A stretch of DNA of 26,075 nt. It comes from a bacterium. GTDB taxonomy: Bacteria > Hydrothermota > Tepidihabitantia > Tepidihabitantales > Tepidihabitantaceae. The notes below the pieces were generated by a model, which saw only the letters and a program-made list of their open reading frames with translations, did not search any database and had not been told where the DNA came from. Made by a program: the position numbers and the translations under genes. Positions 25,799 through 26,075 of this stretch are shown in pieces; position 1 is the stretch's first letter, and the number at the start of each line of letters is the position of its first letter. Where the stretch lies: positions 1 to 26,075 of the forward strand of contig JAWOHE010000101.1 of assembly GCA_046485285.1 (NCBI GenBank), written 5' to 3'.

Positions 25799-25847
25799 GG
25801 TTCAAGGTTCATGGTTCAAGGTTCATAGTCCGGGGTTCATCGTCCAG
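25799..25847. repeat. 7-bp tandem repeat GGTTCA(A/T)
   Basis: GGTTCAA GGTTCAT GGTTCAA GGTTCAT AGTCCGG GGTTCAT CGTCCAG. Same family as 6608-6635. Confidence 0.85.
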
Positions 25848-26075
25848 CGCTCTCCCTTCGTCCCTTCCCTCCTCCACTTCCTTCCTCGTGCCCTTTGCGC
25901 CTTCCTCCTCGGCTTCGCTCCCGGCCCGAAGCCGCAACCCGCGTGACGCCGCACCCGGCGCAACCGTCTCGCCCGGTCTGAAGCCGGCCACCTTCGCATC
26001 ACTATCCATAGCCCATGTTAGTAGAAACTAACGACCCGGCCAATCGGGAAATCGTCGCAATCGGTTGAAAAATCA

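Noticed and set aside
25487-26031. Small ORFs upstream of the VIT-vWA gene
   Set aside because: They translate REP and heptamer repeats and show no coding signature.
26017-26032. GTTAG-TAGAAA-CTAAC as an integron attC site or IS end
   Set aside because: The order is reversed relative to attC (RYYYAAC...GTTRRRY), it is too short, and the context is cut off by the window edge.

Overview
Very GC-rich bacterial window with about 18 genes, using the standard genetic code (TGA is a normal stop). It holds a housekeeping operon (EndoQ-like PHP nuclease, HIT, GalT-family, HAD, acpS), a glycogen cluster (glgB, GH57/DUF3536-like, malQ), a Zn alcohol dehydrogenase, a class V PLP cysteine desulfurase/selenocysteine lyase-like enzyme, a SAM methyltransferase and a VIT-vWA protein. 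Four secreted proteins end in a T9SS-CTD/FlgD-Ig-like domain whose style suggests WOR-3 or a related lineage (inference). The main finding is a gene the ORF track splits in two (10356-11150). It is one reading frame with a signal peptide, an in-frame TGA forming a CxxU motif (C34-G-S-U37) and, directly downstream, a hairpin resembling the E. coli fdhF SECIS. It is therefore a candidate secreted selenoprotein, probably translated from a leaderless mRNA. Other notable features are back-to-back sigma70-like promoter pairs with very short leaders, a 12-bp quasi-palindromic tandem array, dispersed 7-bp-period repeats that overlap gene ends, and a REP/REPIN cluster. No rRNA, tRNA, CRISPR array or transposase was recognised. 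All family calls come from motif recognition, not database searches.
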